From contig CM119263.1 of NCBI GenBank assembly GCA_051294375.1, positions 25,944,436-26,008,435 of the forward strand: a DNA stretch of 64,000 nt, given 5' to 3'. The notes beneath the pieces are model-generated. The model saw nothing but the letters and a program-made list of their open reading frames with translations, did no database searches and was not told where the DNA came from. A program made the translations under genes and the position numbers. Origin of the DNA: Paraspadella gotoi (taxonomy: Eukaryota > Animalia > Chaetognatha). This document shows, one piece after another, positions 38,379-49,293 of this stretch; position 1 is the stretch's first letter, and every line of letters starts with the position of its first letter.

Positions 38379-41300
38379 CTGAGTTGGAAAAATAAAGTGA
38401 TCTTAACGATTGATTGACAAAGGTGTAATACTGCGCGGCGAACTGACGCATTTAAAAGTAAACAAGATCGGCCCGTCCAATGTGTTGCGCCGCAGTGACT
38501 TTCTTAGCGCTGCATCGGAATCCGTATTTTATTCTTTGTAGTTTTAGGATTTCCTGAAGGCGGCGCCTGCTGTCACTTAGATTTGAGGTTGTTTCTTGTC
38601 TTAACAAATGAGCAACTATAGGCGAGTTATGAGCATTTTTAATGTAAGTGGGACAAATCTATGGACAGACCGACCGTCCGACCGAATGACCGACCGAAAA
38701 GTCACTTATAGAGATAGACCAGGTCTCGATTCTATCTCGAGTATCTAGGGCACTCTAAAGCGGAGAGGAAAGTATTAGAATCTCTCTTTTCAATCTCTCA
38801 CTCTCATTCTGTCCCACGCAAAGTCCACAACCGCTCACTCGGTCCTCCACAACCCCTACCCATTCTGTTTAGCCACTTTTTCATGTTCCTCCCTTTTCCT
38901 GTCTCTTTGCAGTTTTTTGGGATAATATTACTTATTGTGTATTAGTTTTATTATGATTATTATGTATACTTATTTGAGGTGTTTTGTTTAATTTATTCGC
39001 ATTTTTGCTAGTTCATAATTGTTTCACATTCTATTCACGTAAATAGAAAATCCGATTCCTTACTCCTCGTTACTCACCGTATCTGCGATGTACCCCGCTT
39101 CTGAAGAAATGTAGGCTAACGAGCGTCGCCCCCGCCGCCACGACCGCCAATAACAAGAGGATAAGACCGGAGATGCCGCCGGCACAGAGGACGCCGCAGC
39201 GGGTCCTGCGGGGGAGGAAGGTGAAAAGTAAAGAGAGTGAAAAGAAAAGAAGAAAAGGGAGAAAAGAAGGAAAATAGAAAGTTGAGAAGGAAAGACGAAC
39301 GGAGACAAGGAAAGATAGAAAAAAAGAAAAATAGAAGAGAGGAAAGAAGGTAGAAAAGGAGGAAGGAAAGAAGGAAAGGAAGGAAAAAAGGATAGGGGAA
39401 GGGAAAAAAGGAACAGAAGTTACGTTTAAAATTTGATCGGAGGGAGGGAAGCGTTACGCATTTAAATGCATAATTTCATTTAAAAAAAAATAAAAAAAGA
39501 TTGACTCTCAACCAACAATCATAAAATTGGGAACAATTTTCGTTTAAAAATAAAATTAAATGCGAATCTAATAAAGATAAATACATAAAATAAATATTAG
39601 AAAGAAATAAAAGTAATGATATTTTTGCTCACTTGTTTTTGAACGAGGCGACCGACAAACCGTCAGCGCACCTATGGGCGAAAATTGAAAGGAAAAAGTA
39701 TTAAAGGTTTTCGATTTTCCCAACTTTTTATCGATTGTCATAACTTTAAAGTTGCGTTGACGGATCTTTATACGACAGTTTTCTACTAGTTGGTAGATTT
39801 GTTAGTGAAACTTTGGTTCATTGTTTAAAAAATAACTAGACTGGATGACAGTTCAATCAGTAGTTAGGCCTGTGTCCGCATATCTTGATCCCAATTGCCC
39901 TCATTTTTGTTTTTATCGGTTTTTGTGGCGAATCCTAAATTTGCCTCCGTATAGCTTGGAGAAAATCAGCTCGTCCCATTGGCTTGGAAAGCTCAGTTCT
40001 CGTTCACCAACAGTGAGTTAGAGTTCAATCCCTTCACGGTCGCGCTGGTTAAAGTGGGATGGTGTCGGTATGAACACGCCAGTGGCTTGTGATAGTCACT
40101 GTTTCCGTGTTTCCCTGTGCCATATTTTCTTCTTTATTTCTCGATTAAGCAACGCCTACTTTCTTAACTCCTATGTCACGGTATCTTTCTTCTTTTTTTA
40201 TTTTCCGATAAATTGCCATTTCTAACTATATGAGACATTTCGTTTTCGGTCATTGTTAAATATTTGGAAAAAAAAATGTTTTCAAGGTTGGTGTTAATAG
40301 TTATGATAACTGTTATCAGGACCCGAATTGTATTCGACAGCAACAACAATAAGGACGACCTACTTGAGCTTGTCCATTTCATCTTTCTCGACTAGTGACT
40401 CCAGATTCTTCAAAAGCGAATCGTCGCAAGTCCAAGGGTTTCCGCTCAGGTCCACCTGTTTCGGGGTGGGGATGGAGGAGGTTGGAGAAGGGAGAAGGGA
40501 GACAAAGAAAACGTTGAGGAGAACAGGGTAGGGTCAGGGAGATGGGGTGAGAAGAAGAGAGATAAGAGGGATAAATAGGAAATAAGATAATGCTTTGGGA
40601 AAATTAACTTGAGGTCGATCTATTTAAGTTAGCCATAGCCGATGAAGTTTAAATGATAATGTATACGGCGTTAAAATAATCTATCATGAGCATAGATTAT
40701 AGTATAAAAATATTTTTTTGTTAATAATTAAAATTATTATACTACTATATAAAGAAAAAAAAATAAAACCTTAAGATTTTTTGATGGATTCTGATCGAGC
40801 ATAAAAAGTTAAATAAGAAATATAATTACAGCTTTTAAAAATTCTTACATTTTCTTAGTAAAAATCTAAAAAAACTGATAAAATCATCAAAAGATGATTT
40901 TTCTTATTTTTGACCTACTTATCATAAAAATATTTAAAAAAGAATTATACTTTGAGTAGACAACTTTTTATCAGCTATCTGAATCTGATCTTAAAATTTA
41001 AAATTTCTCAAAAAAATGTTTGTCTTTTCCTATCTATAAAAAAATATTAAAAAAAAAAATTAATTACTAGGGTATAGAGCCATATAAGAAATTTTTTGTC
41101 CATTGAAAGTACACTTAAAAATGTATAAATTTCCGTTTGAGCATGTACTCACTCTAAATTTTTGACTCACCCCATTGAGTGCGGCTACCCCTATTTAAGT
41201 TTAAACTATTATTTCAAAAGTTCGGAAAAGAATGACTCACTCTCTCGATCTTTTCCGAGGGAAGAATTCTTAAAGACGAGAGTCGGTTTGATGAAAGATC

Positions 41301-42001
41301 AAGCGACCGCAGTTCGTTTAGCCTGTTAAGGGGATAGAGGGTTCAAAATAATGGGTTGTTCTGTTAATATTTTTTTTTACCAATTATTAATAAAAATAAA
41401 TTTCTCTCTAAACTCTCTCTTCTCTCATTTTATCCTTCGGTCTATTATTCCCCTCATTATTTTGTTTTCTTCTGGTTTTCATTTCTTTTCTTCTCTCCCA
41501 AATTCCACCCAAATTCGACTCATTATTGGTTGTACTAATTTCATTTAATCCAATGCTTCTCTTCTCTAATCCGATCACTCTGCTTCTTCTCTTTTTATTT
41601 TTCCTTTTTATTCCTCCATTTTTTTCTTTCCTTCTTTCCCCAACACCCTCTTTCCCCTTTTACTCGGTCTTCCAGCTTTCGCCCCCGCCTCCGCTTTCCC
41701 AGAACCAAACTCGCCCTTGAAAAGTTTTGGGCCGAATCTCCTCCAGTCTCTCGCAGTGACTGATGTTGAGTTCTTTGAGGCGGGGTAGGGCAGAAAAGGC
41801 AAAATCCTCGATCCGGGCCAGATTCGGAGAGTGGGCCACACTGAGAGATGAATGGGAATGAGAATCAGGCGTATTAGCTTAATATATACATAAATGTTAT
41901 TTTTTTTACTANNNNNNNNNNTTTTACGAATTTTTTCTTTCTTTGTTACTTTTTTTTTCATTCTTTGTTACTTTTTTTCTTTCATTCTTTCATTCTTTTT
42001 T

Positions 42002-42085
<84 letters not shown>

Positions 42086-42408
42086 TCCTTTTTTCTCATT
42101 TTTTCTTCTTACCTCAAAACCGTGAGGTTTTCACCTCCGCCCCCGCCACCACCACCACCGCCGCCGCTTCGCCCATCGCGGAAAGAGGAGCTGGAAAGTT
42201 TTTCTGCCCGGAGTCCCTCGAGAAGAAGGCAGTCGATGGCGGGTAAGTCGTGCAGCGGTGGCGGTTTGATCAAGAGGTTGAACGAGAGGGAGAGAAATGT
42301 AAGGGAGGTGAGGCCGTAGAATGCCTCGTCACCCATGACGGAGATTCTAGCGTAAGAAATGAAATGCGTTTAAGAAATATTATGAAGGTAGGCTCAATCT
42401 GTCTATCG

Positions 42409-42481
<73 letters not shown>

Positions 42482-42837
42482 CTGTATAGGCCGCATTAGG
42501 CGTGCCCAAGGCAGTATCTATTTTATACATTCAATACATTCAATTCTCTCTCTCTCTTTCTCTTTTTCTCTCTAGTAGATTGTTCATTTCTTTTATCCAT
42601 TTGTTCGCTTTCTAGTTTTCGGCAGCTGCATCCAGGTATACATGCGTATTAGGAAGTAACTCGTGAATGCTTATAATGTGCATTGTGCATGTGACGATGT
42701 ATGCTTTATTGTCATAAAATACTATTTCTTTTCACAACTTATTCAAATTGGCCTTATCTAAAATCTGCTTCTCACCATTGATCTCTGTCCTTTCTCAATT
42801 CATTTTTTGGAAACTTTAACCTTGCTCTCTCTCTCTT

Positions 42838-42930
<93 letters not shown>

Positions 42931-45900
42931 GTTTCTTTAACTCAAAAATTATATCCAATTCACAAATATCAAGTGCTGATGAAGGCTCAAAATTGTGAGC
43001 CGAAACATGTCTGCTTTTTCACAAATTAAAAATCGTTGTAAAAAAATTCGAAAAACTTTGCTAAACATAAAATACTAAAAAAACCGCATATGACTCAATG
43101 AAAAATGGCGTAGCGTAACAGTTGCAGGCATAATGTCTTTCAAAGAATCAAAGAATTTTAGTCATATGTCATATATACATGCATAGCAGCGTATTTTTTA
43201 GCAATTGCCGGTGCCTTTATGAATGACGATTCTATTTCCTGTTCGAATGAGAATTCTGCTTAATCTGTCTTTATATTTTTAATATATTTTTATTTAGAAT
43301 TAAAATCAACTACTATTTATGATTTTATTTATTTGTTATAATATTTTTGTGTTAAATATTTAAATATATAATTATTTATCTATGTTGGGTATGGGGACGT
43401 TAGTGTTGTCTTCTGGAAAAAGAGGGTGCATCTAACCAACACAAGGTTAGATTGCTTTCTATTCCAGTATTCTCATAGATATTGTACTTCATTCCTGTTG
43501 GAAAAATTGTTAAATTGTTGTTAAATTGTTTTTAAATTGTTAAAATATGTAGTTCCTGTGCTTAAGGGAATTCTGAACATTGACTTAAAATTGTACTTAA
43601 AAACCAAAATTCACAGCTCAAAAAACAGTCATTTCCTTTGATTAAATTGACAATCGGAGTGACAGCTGTTCTAACCTTTCACACGCTCTTTGGATTGTCA
43701 CTCCGTATTTGCAAAATATCAACAGATAGTTGGATTCATTTTGTTTTCTCTATGATAAGATTTGTTAATGACGCTCTCTTTGGGCTATCAACTATGGTTA
43801 TTTATATAATTTCATTTCCAAAATTACAAAAATTTTAAAAAAAGCAACATTTTGATTGAATTTTCATTAAAACAGAAAAAAATGAAATAAATAAAATGGT
43901 GGAATGAATTATCTTATTAAAGTTTAATAATATTCAGTATTCTATTTTATAATTTAAATATAAATTCTTTTTTGTTTAAAACAGTATTATTCGGTTTTTG
44001 ACACAAATTACAACATTCACACAAAAATATTTGAAATCACATAAAATTTGTCACAAATCACCCTTATTGTATTCTAATAACTCACTCTCACAATTTACCA
44101 AATTCCTTTCTCACGGCAACCTTACTTATTTCTCTCGAGACTAAGAGATCTCAGCCGCCGAAATCCGCAGTATTCCTCAGGTAAGTCAGCCGAGCAGAAT
44201 TCTTGTGAGGTGAGTTCAACGATGCGGTTCGCGTCAAGTCTGTAGTGTAAAGATCAAAATATTTTTAATTAGTAATCATTATTGTATTTTTCCTTTCTGT
44301 TTCGTTGTAAATTATTTAGAACAAAGTTTTGATAAGAGATAAAACAACGATTTTATTTCAAAATGAAGAAGACTCGTATGTGAGTCGAAACATGTCCGTT
44401 TCATTTTGAAATAAAATCTCTTATCAAAACTTTGTTCTAATTAGTAATCAAGAATTGTACCAATCTAGTACTTAACTTATAAAAGTATGTATGTATATCC
44501 TTAAATAAAAACGAAATGATGGACTGAAATAAGCCCATTTAGTCGCATAAAAGAAGCGACCTATGAAAACCATATACACTTATACAGAGGTGGGACCCTA
44601 TATTGAGACTAAACTTAACGTCCTGCCCTTTCTGAACGATTTGATACACAATAATAAAATTAATGGCAAAAGTTTTTTCTTTCTTTTTACTTTTATATAT
44701 TAGGAGAACAACAGTTTTGGTTTGGTTTTTCTCCTAATACTTCAAAAACAACGAAAAGAGAGTATATACACAATGTCAACTTTTATGTATAAATTATATT
44801 GAAAAAAAATTTAAGCAACTACAACTACGTCGTGGATGCTTTCAAAACAGTCGTTTTTATGCGCGAGCATTGTTTTGCATACGATAAAAGCCATACTTGT
44901 CAATATTTTTCAGTGGTCGTTTCTGAACATGACAGTGTTATGTCTTTTCTTCAATTCACCTGATTTTAACATTTTCATCAGTATCCATATTAAACCTATT
45001 TAATTTTTTTTTAAAAGTAAATAAAAAAAATTTTAGGAAGATTATAACGAATATGCTTAAATTGTTAAATACTTTATGTATTTTTTACCTTTTTGACACT
45101 TTTATTATGCATTAAGAAATCTTACATGGTTAATTTAACCGACAGACCGACAATTGGAATTATGATCGAATCTGCTGCATAAGCAGATCCGACTAAAATC
45201 ATTAAGAACTCTTAGAGTAATGACTTTTAAATTTGTCTCGATATAGGTCCCCCCCCTGTATATTTGAAATTGTTACAACATATATTTTATTGAGATCGAC
45301 CACGACTTCATGAATTCAATCCGTTTACTTTTTCCAGCAAAATTTTCATTTTTCATTCATTACGTTTTATTATTCATATTTCATTAAGTTCTTATTACCT
45401 TAATCGACATTTTTTAGAAGATATATCTCACTAAATGCGTTTAACGTGTAGAGATGTAGCAAGAAAAATATTTACAAATACTGATAGAAATATTTTATCA
45501 AGTACATATTCAGTATTTATTCTATGTAACGTACATATTAAATCCTTATGTAGTAGCCGGAAAACAGGTTGAAAACTAGAAGTCTCTCCAATAAAAAATA
45601 GATGATAAAGTGACTGTTAGAGGAATATGAAAATAAAATAAATCTTTAAAAATTATCTTATTAATAAGCGCACTGGAAGCATTCAAGATTTTTTATATAT
45701 ATTAAAGTTTAAAATTGTTTTTTGAATTTTCAATTTGTTTTAATGGATTCTGGAATAGAGCTTTAAGTTAGAGTGAAGGTTATTATACAGAAATTTTTAA
45801 AATTTTTTTGTTTAATGATACAAAATTTAAAAAACTATAAAATCAGGCCATAGTGATGATGATTTCGATTGATGATTTTTAACTTTTTTCTGTTTATTAA

Positions 45901-47462
45901 CCAATTTCTTGTCAAAATTTTTAAAAATTATTAGTACTAACTTTCATTTAAACTTTTCAAGACTCTAATAGGAATCGTCTTAAAACTTAATTTTTAAAAA
46001 AAAAATTTTTGTCATTTGTTATATATTAATAAATTTAAAAGCTTCAGTGCAACCACCCAAAGAACTAATTCAAAAAGTTACATTGAAAATCGATTTAGTA
46101 ATAGAAGGAAAAAGGGAATTTTTTTGAGAGAATTAAAAGTTATAAAAAGTGTTCAATTTTGAAGCCCGCCTTATTATGTAGTGAATCCGTTTTTCTTCTC
46201 TCACTAAATTTCTCAAATAAAACAACACTTGCAATATAATATATATATATTTTCTAAACGATAGTTTGATTTAAGCTTTAGTAGCTACTATCCAGTAGAA
46301 TTCTTAATTAAACTTAAAAATCCCACACCTCAGGCCCGTCGAGCACGGGGAGTTTAGAAAGCGCGTAGTCGGGAATAACCTCAAAGCGATTCTTCCGCTG
46401 AGTCAAGTTGCTTAAGGGTGCGGAGTGTCGAAGAAAGGTCTCGCCTTCAATTGCCAGACGAGACGATTGTCGGAAAAGTCCAGCCCATGGGTGGTAAGAT
46501 GGAGTGAGACTTGTAAGAAATAAAAAAAAATATGATCACTGGAGATTTGCCAATTGCTTGTTTAGTATTATGTTTCACTATATTATCACAAACCATTTTT
46601 ACATAAAACATATCACTATACTATAAAGTTATTTATTTACATATCATATAATTTTTTTTGTTTTTAAAAAATAAAATTTAAGTTTTCTTCATCCATCATC
46701 CCCGTTCAGATTCTATTCCTCCCTTCACCTGCAGCCACTCCATCCCTTTCAAGTCGCCCTTCTGCAGTAGCCGCAGCCGATTTCCGCGCAGTGACGCCGC
46801 GGCCAGCCGCGCCAGGCCGGCAAAGAGCGGCGTCGGCCCGAGCATCGGCCCGAGGCGGTTGAAGGAAAGATCGAGAAGTTCGAGTCGAGAGAGGCGGGCG
46901 AAGGCGGTTGGGTGGATGGAGTGGAGGGCGTTGGAAGAGAGGCGGAGGACTTTGAGGCGGCGGAAGTGTGTGAGGGAGTCGTTGGTGAGGTGGGTGAGGA
47001 GTGGGTTGAAGGTAAACTCCATCAACTGGGCGTCTGAGGAAAGAATCAGGGTAAGTTAGTGGAGATAAAAAGACAGAGGGCGTCTCTCTTCTAAAACTGG
47101 AAAAAAAAATTGTAAACGTAATCCTTACCCAAAGGTAAGTCACTGGGGACAGCCTTCTTGTTGGTTCCATTGCAAACGACTCGAACGACGCCGCTTCCTT
47201 CGTCATCGCCGATGAAGGCTCCATTCGATGCCGCCGCCGTCGTCGTCGTCGTCGCAGTTGTCGTCCACGCCGTTGTGGGCACCGCTCCGCCCATGTCGCA
47301 GAAGCAGACACCGCCACATTTTTGACGCCCGGTCGATTCACCGTCGCCGGCATGGACGAGATTAGCGCCGGTGGGGCTGTTTTGGACGCGACAAAGTAGC
47401 GCCAAAGACAAGACGATCCAGAACGATCGAAAGTTCAGCCTCGATTGCCGTTTTCGTCGCAT
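38116..47462 (-). CDS. Type I transmembrane leucine-rich-repeat protein (signal-LRRNT-LRRs-LRRCT-TM-acidic tail; Tartan/Capricious/LRRN-like class), ~620 aa, 11 exons
   Basis: Exons: 47129-47462, 46729-47033, 46329-~46486 (frameshifted in this assembly), 44126-44239, 42113-42346, 41715-41840, 41241-41322, 40364-40455, 39633-39671, 39078-39205, 38116-38378. Apart from damaged exon 3, the phases join in frame and give LxxLxLxxN repeats, DLSGNPWTCD, and a TM helix GISGLILLLLAVVAAGATLV. Confidence 0.88.
38460..38715 (+). mobile_element. Helentron-type family B copy in LRR intron 10
   Basis: AACAAGATCGG..TGTGTTGCGCCGCAGTG start, AACAAATGAGCAAC block, (GACC)n and AAAGTCACTTATAGAG. Confidence 0.6.
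39078..39205 (-). CDS. LRR gene exon 10 (transmembrane helix)
   Basis: TRCGVLCAGGISGLILLLLAVVAAGATLVSLHFFRSGVHRRY; canonical sites. Confidence 0.85.
39633..39671 (-). CDS. LRR gene exon 9 (39-nt microexon)
   Basis: atag|G TGC GCT GAC...AAC AA|gtgagc encodes CADGLSVASFKN and supplies an LRRCT cysteine. Confidence 0.7.
39950..40125 (+). mobile_element. SINE-like fragment in LRR intron 8
   Basis: B-box-like GAGTTCAATCCC in a GC-richer patch. Confidence 0.25.
40364..40455 (-). CDS. LRR gene exon 8 (start of LRRCT)
   Basis: VDLSGNPWTCDDSLLKNLESLVEKDEMDKL. Confidence 0.85.
40780..41176. mobile_element. AT-rich DNA-transposon/MITE fragment, inverted homologue of ~16557-16900
   Basis: Ends TTTTTGACTCACCCCATT versus AATGGGGTGGGTCAGAAG at 16558. 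The internal AAAGTATAATT and ATGATAAGT blocks are shared. Confidence 0.45.
41241..41322 (-). CDS. LRR gene exon 7
   Basis: LNELRSLDLSSNRLSSLRILPSEKIER; aacag| acceptor and |gtgagt donor. Confidence 0.88.
41715..41840 (-). CDS. LRR gene exon 6 (probable GC donor)
   Basis: VAHSPNLARIEDFAFSALPRLKELNISHCERLEEIRPKTFQG; donor GG|gcgagt. Confidence 0.8.
42000..42087. repeat. (CTTT)n microsatellite (also ~51708-51742 and 55670-55712)
   Basis: Directly visible. Confidence 0.95.
42113..42346 (-). CDS. LRR gene exon 5
   Basis: ISVMGDEAFYGLTSLTFLSLSFNLL...poly-Gly...ENLTVL; 234 nt, canonical sites. Confidence 0.88.
42971..43016 (+). ncRNA. Minimal type I hammerhead ribozyme with an intact core; predicted cleavage after GUC at 43011
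   Basis: AAGTG-CTGATGA-A-GGCTCA-aaattg-TGAGCC-GAAA-CATG-TC-TGCTT: complete CUGAUGA/GAAA/UH core, 6-bp stem II, palindromic ACAUGU stem III. Confidence 0.8.
43597..43838 (+). pseudogene. 3' remnant (TM6-TM7) of the nested 7TM gene in LRR intron 4
   Basis: LIKLTIGVTAVLTFHTLFGLSLRIC...VIYIISFPKLQKF, close paralogue of 34970-35234. The upstream part is deleted. Confidence 0.75.
44126..44239 (-). CDS. LRR gene exon 4
   Basis: LDANRIVELTSQEFCSADLPEEYCGFRRLRSLSLERN; 114 nt, canonical sites. Confidence 0.85.
44279..44437. mobile_element. Short Penelope-like insertion with inverted terminal repeat, partial hammerhead and 13-bp target-site duplication
   Basis: TSD TAATTAGTAATCA at 44266-44278 and 44438-44450. 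Arms 44316-44367 and 44400-44440 are inverted. Core TGAAGA-A-GACTC..GAGTC-GAAA-CATG-TC-CGTT. Confidence 0.75.
44585..45258. mobile_element. Tc1/mariner-type MITE
   Basis: TIRs CAGAGGTGGGACCCTATATTGAGAC / GTCTCGATATAGGTCCCCCCCCTG flanked by TA on both sides. Contains a family A hairpin end at 45137-45196. Confidence 0.7.
46329..46486 (-). CDS. LRR gene exon 3 (acceptor and frame damaged by indels in this sequence)
   Basis: LDFSDNRLV..IEGETFFDTP..LKQLD..NRFEVIPDYALSKLPVLDG, read across several frames. Paralogous to the intact 36476-36618. Confidence 0.7.
46729..47033 (-). CDS. LRR gene exon 2
   Basis: LKVLRLSSNALHSIHPTAFARLSRLELLDLSFNRL; cag| acceptor and |gtgaag donor. Confidence 0.92.
47129..47462 (-). 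CDS. LRR gene exon 1 (signal peptide, LRRNT)
   Basis: FWIVLSLALLC signal; CGGVCFC...VVCNGTNKKAVPSDLP; donor G|gtaagg. Confidence 0.85.
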
Positions 47463-47638
47463 TTCGTTTTGTTTTTTAGTTTTTTGTTTGTTTTTTATTT
47501 ACAAACGTTTTTTATTTGTCATCACATTTTTATTTTTTCAACTTTGTTTCTAGTTATAAAATAAAATTACGCCTTTATTTTGATCAAAAACTCAGCGTCG
47601 CACGAGCTTGTCGTAGATTCATTCTGAATTAAAGAAAA

Positions 47639-48486
47639 AACAAGTTTGAGCAAACAATGTCGGATCTTCCCACGATAATTAGTAGTAATTAATTATTTTT
47701 TTAATTAATTCAAGTTAATTTCAATGTTTGTTTTGAGGTATTTTTGTCACTGACCACGACAAAAGCAACGACGACGATGATGGCGACGACAAAAAAAAAT
47801 GCCAATAACGATTGATTAACTTGATTGATTGATTGATTGATTAATTTATTGATTGATTAAATAATTAATTAATTAATAAATAAATTGATTTTTCTCATAA
47901 TTAATTATTAGATAAATAAATTGCTTTATTGAATAATAAATTGTAAGATTAATTGACTGATTATTTTATTATTGATTATTTAATTGACTAATTGATTAAT
48001 TAACTGATTAATTATTTGATTCATTAATACATCCTGCATTTACATTTAATATAAAAAGAAAAAGAAGCATAATAAATTCGTGAAACAGTTTTTTTTTCAT
48101 TTAAACTCATTTCTACTCAAACGATTTCATCGAAACTTGATTTCCAGATTAATCACAAACATTCCTACCGACATAAAAAAATTTAAGTCTATTGCCCTAT
48201 CCACTTATGAGTAATTGGCATTCAAATAGGGAAATAGATTCTGTTGTTTTTATCCATTTAAACACACTTCCAATCACACGATTCCATCGAAACTTGATAT
48301 CCAGCTCAATCACACACTTCGGACGGACGAACCGACGGATGGACGGACATATTTTTTTTGCATAATTTATCATAATTCGATGTTCTGATATGATATAAGT
48401 GAGTACCGGAAAAAATTGTGGGGGCAGACCGACGGACCGACAAAGTGAATTATAGAGTCGGAATCTGCTGTAATCAGATCCGACTA
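47639..48486 (+). mobile_element. Full-length Helentron-type family A element with a (TTGA)n-like centre
   Basis: 5' AACAAGTTTGAGCAAACAATGTCGGATCT, (GACG)n, and 3' hairpin AGTCGGAATCTGCTGTAATCAGATCCGACT. A-run flanks. Confidence 0.75.
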
Positions 48487-49047
48487 AAAATTGAAAAGTG
48501 GAGGCACAGGTTTTTATTTAAACGGAGGCACGAGTCGTTGAGTCTCGGTTAAAAACGAAAGGAAAAAAAATGAAAGAACGGGTAACAGAGAAACGATATC
48601 GATGCATCCTCGCATTTTTTTAATTATTTTTTTAAAGTTATTTATTATTTTAAATAATCTTTTTTAAAAAATTATATAATTGGCAAACAGATAAGTTCGC
48701 AGAGAGTTGATGTGGAAAATAATATGAAGAGGCAGTCAGACATAAAAAGTAAGAGAAGAACTGTTGACATAATAATGTGACTAATCAACTTAAATAGAAA
48801 TGCAGCGACTTATCGACGCCAACGCATTGAGAAAAATTATTAAAATTCAGCACAATTTTTTTTCCCGTCGTTTTTTCCAGTTGGTCGGTTGAAAGGATCG
48901 TCAATACAGGCGGGTCCCGTTGTAAACATCATTCTGAAAAAAAACAAATCAGTTAAAACGAAACGATTATTACAGAAAAAAATAAATATTAAAACCGAAT
49001 TGAAATTTCTTCGCAAATGGTTGTCAAAAAGAAAAGAGAAGAGAGAA

Positions 49048-49140
<93 letters not shown>

Positions 49141-49293
49141 GAGAGAGAGAGAGGCTTTGGTGGCTGGCATAATCGAGACAATTTCGGGTAATTTCGAGTA
49201 ATTTGGGTGACAAACGTCGCCTTCGAAAAAGGAAAGGAAGCGAAAAAAGCTCTTTCGCGGAGTCCGGACGAAAAACTTAATCCGAGTTTCTTT

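Noticed and set aside
38116-47462. Toll-like receptor assignment, or a specific gene symbol, for the LRR gene
   Set aside because: There is no TIR domain in the short acidic tail, and orthology cannot be established without a phylogenetic search.
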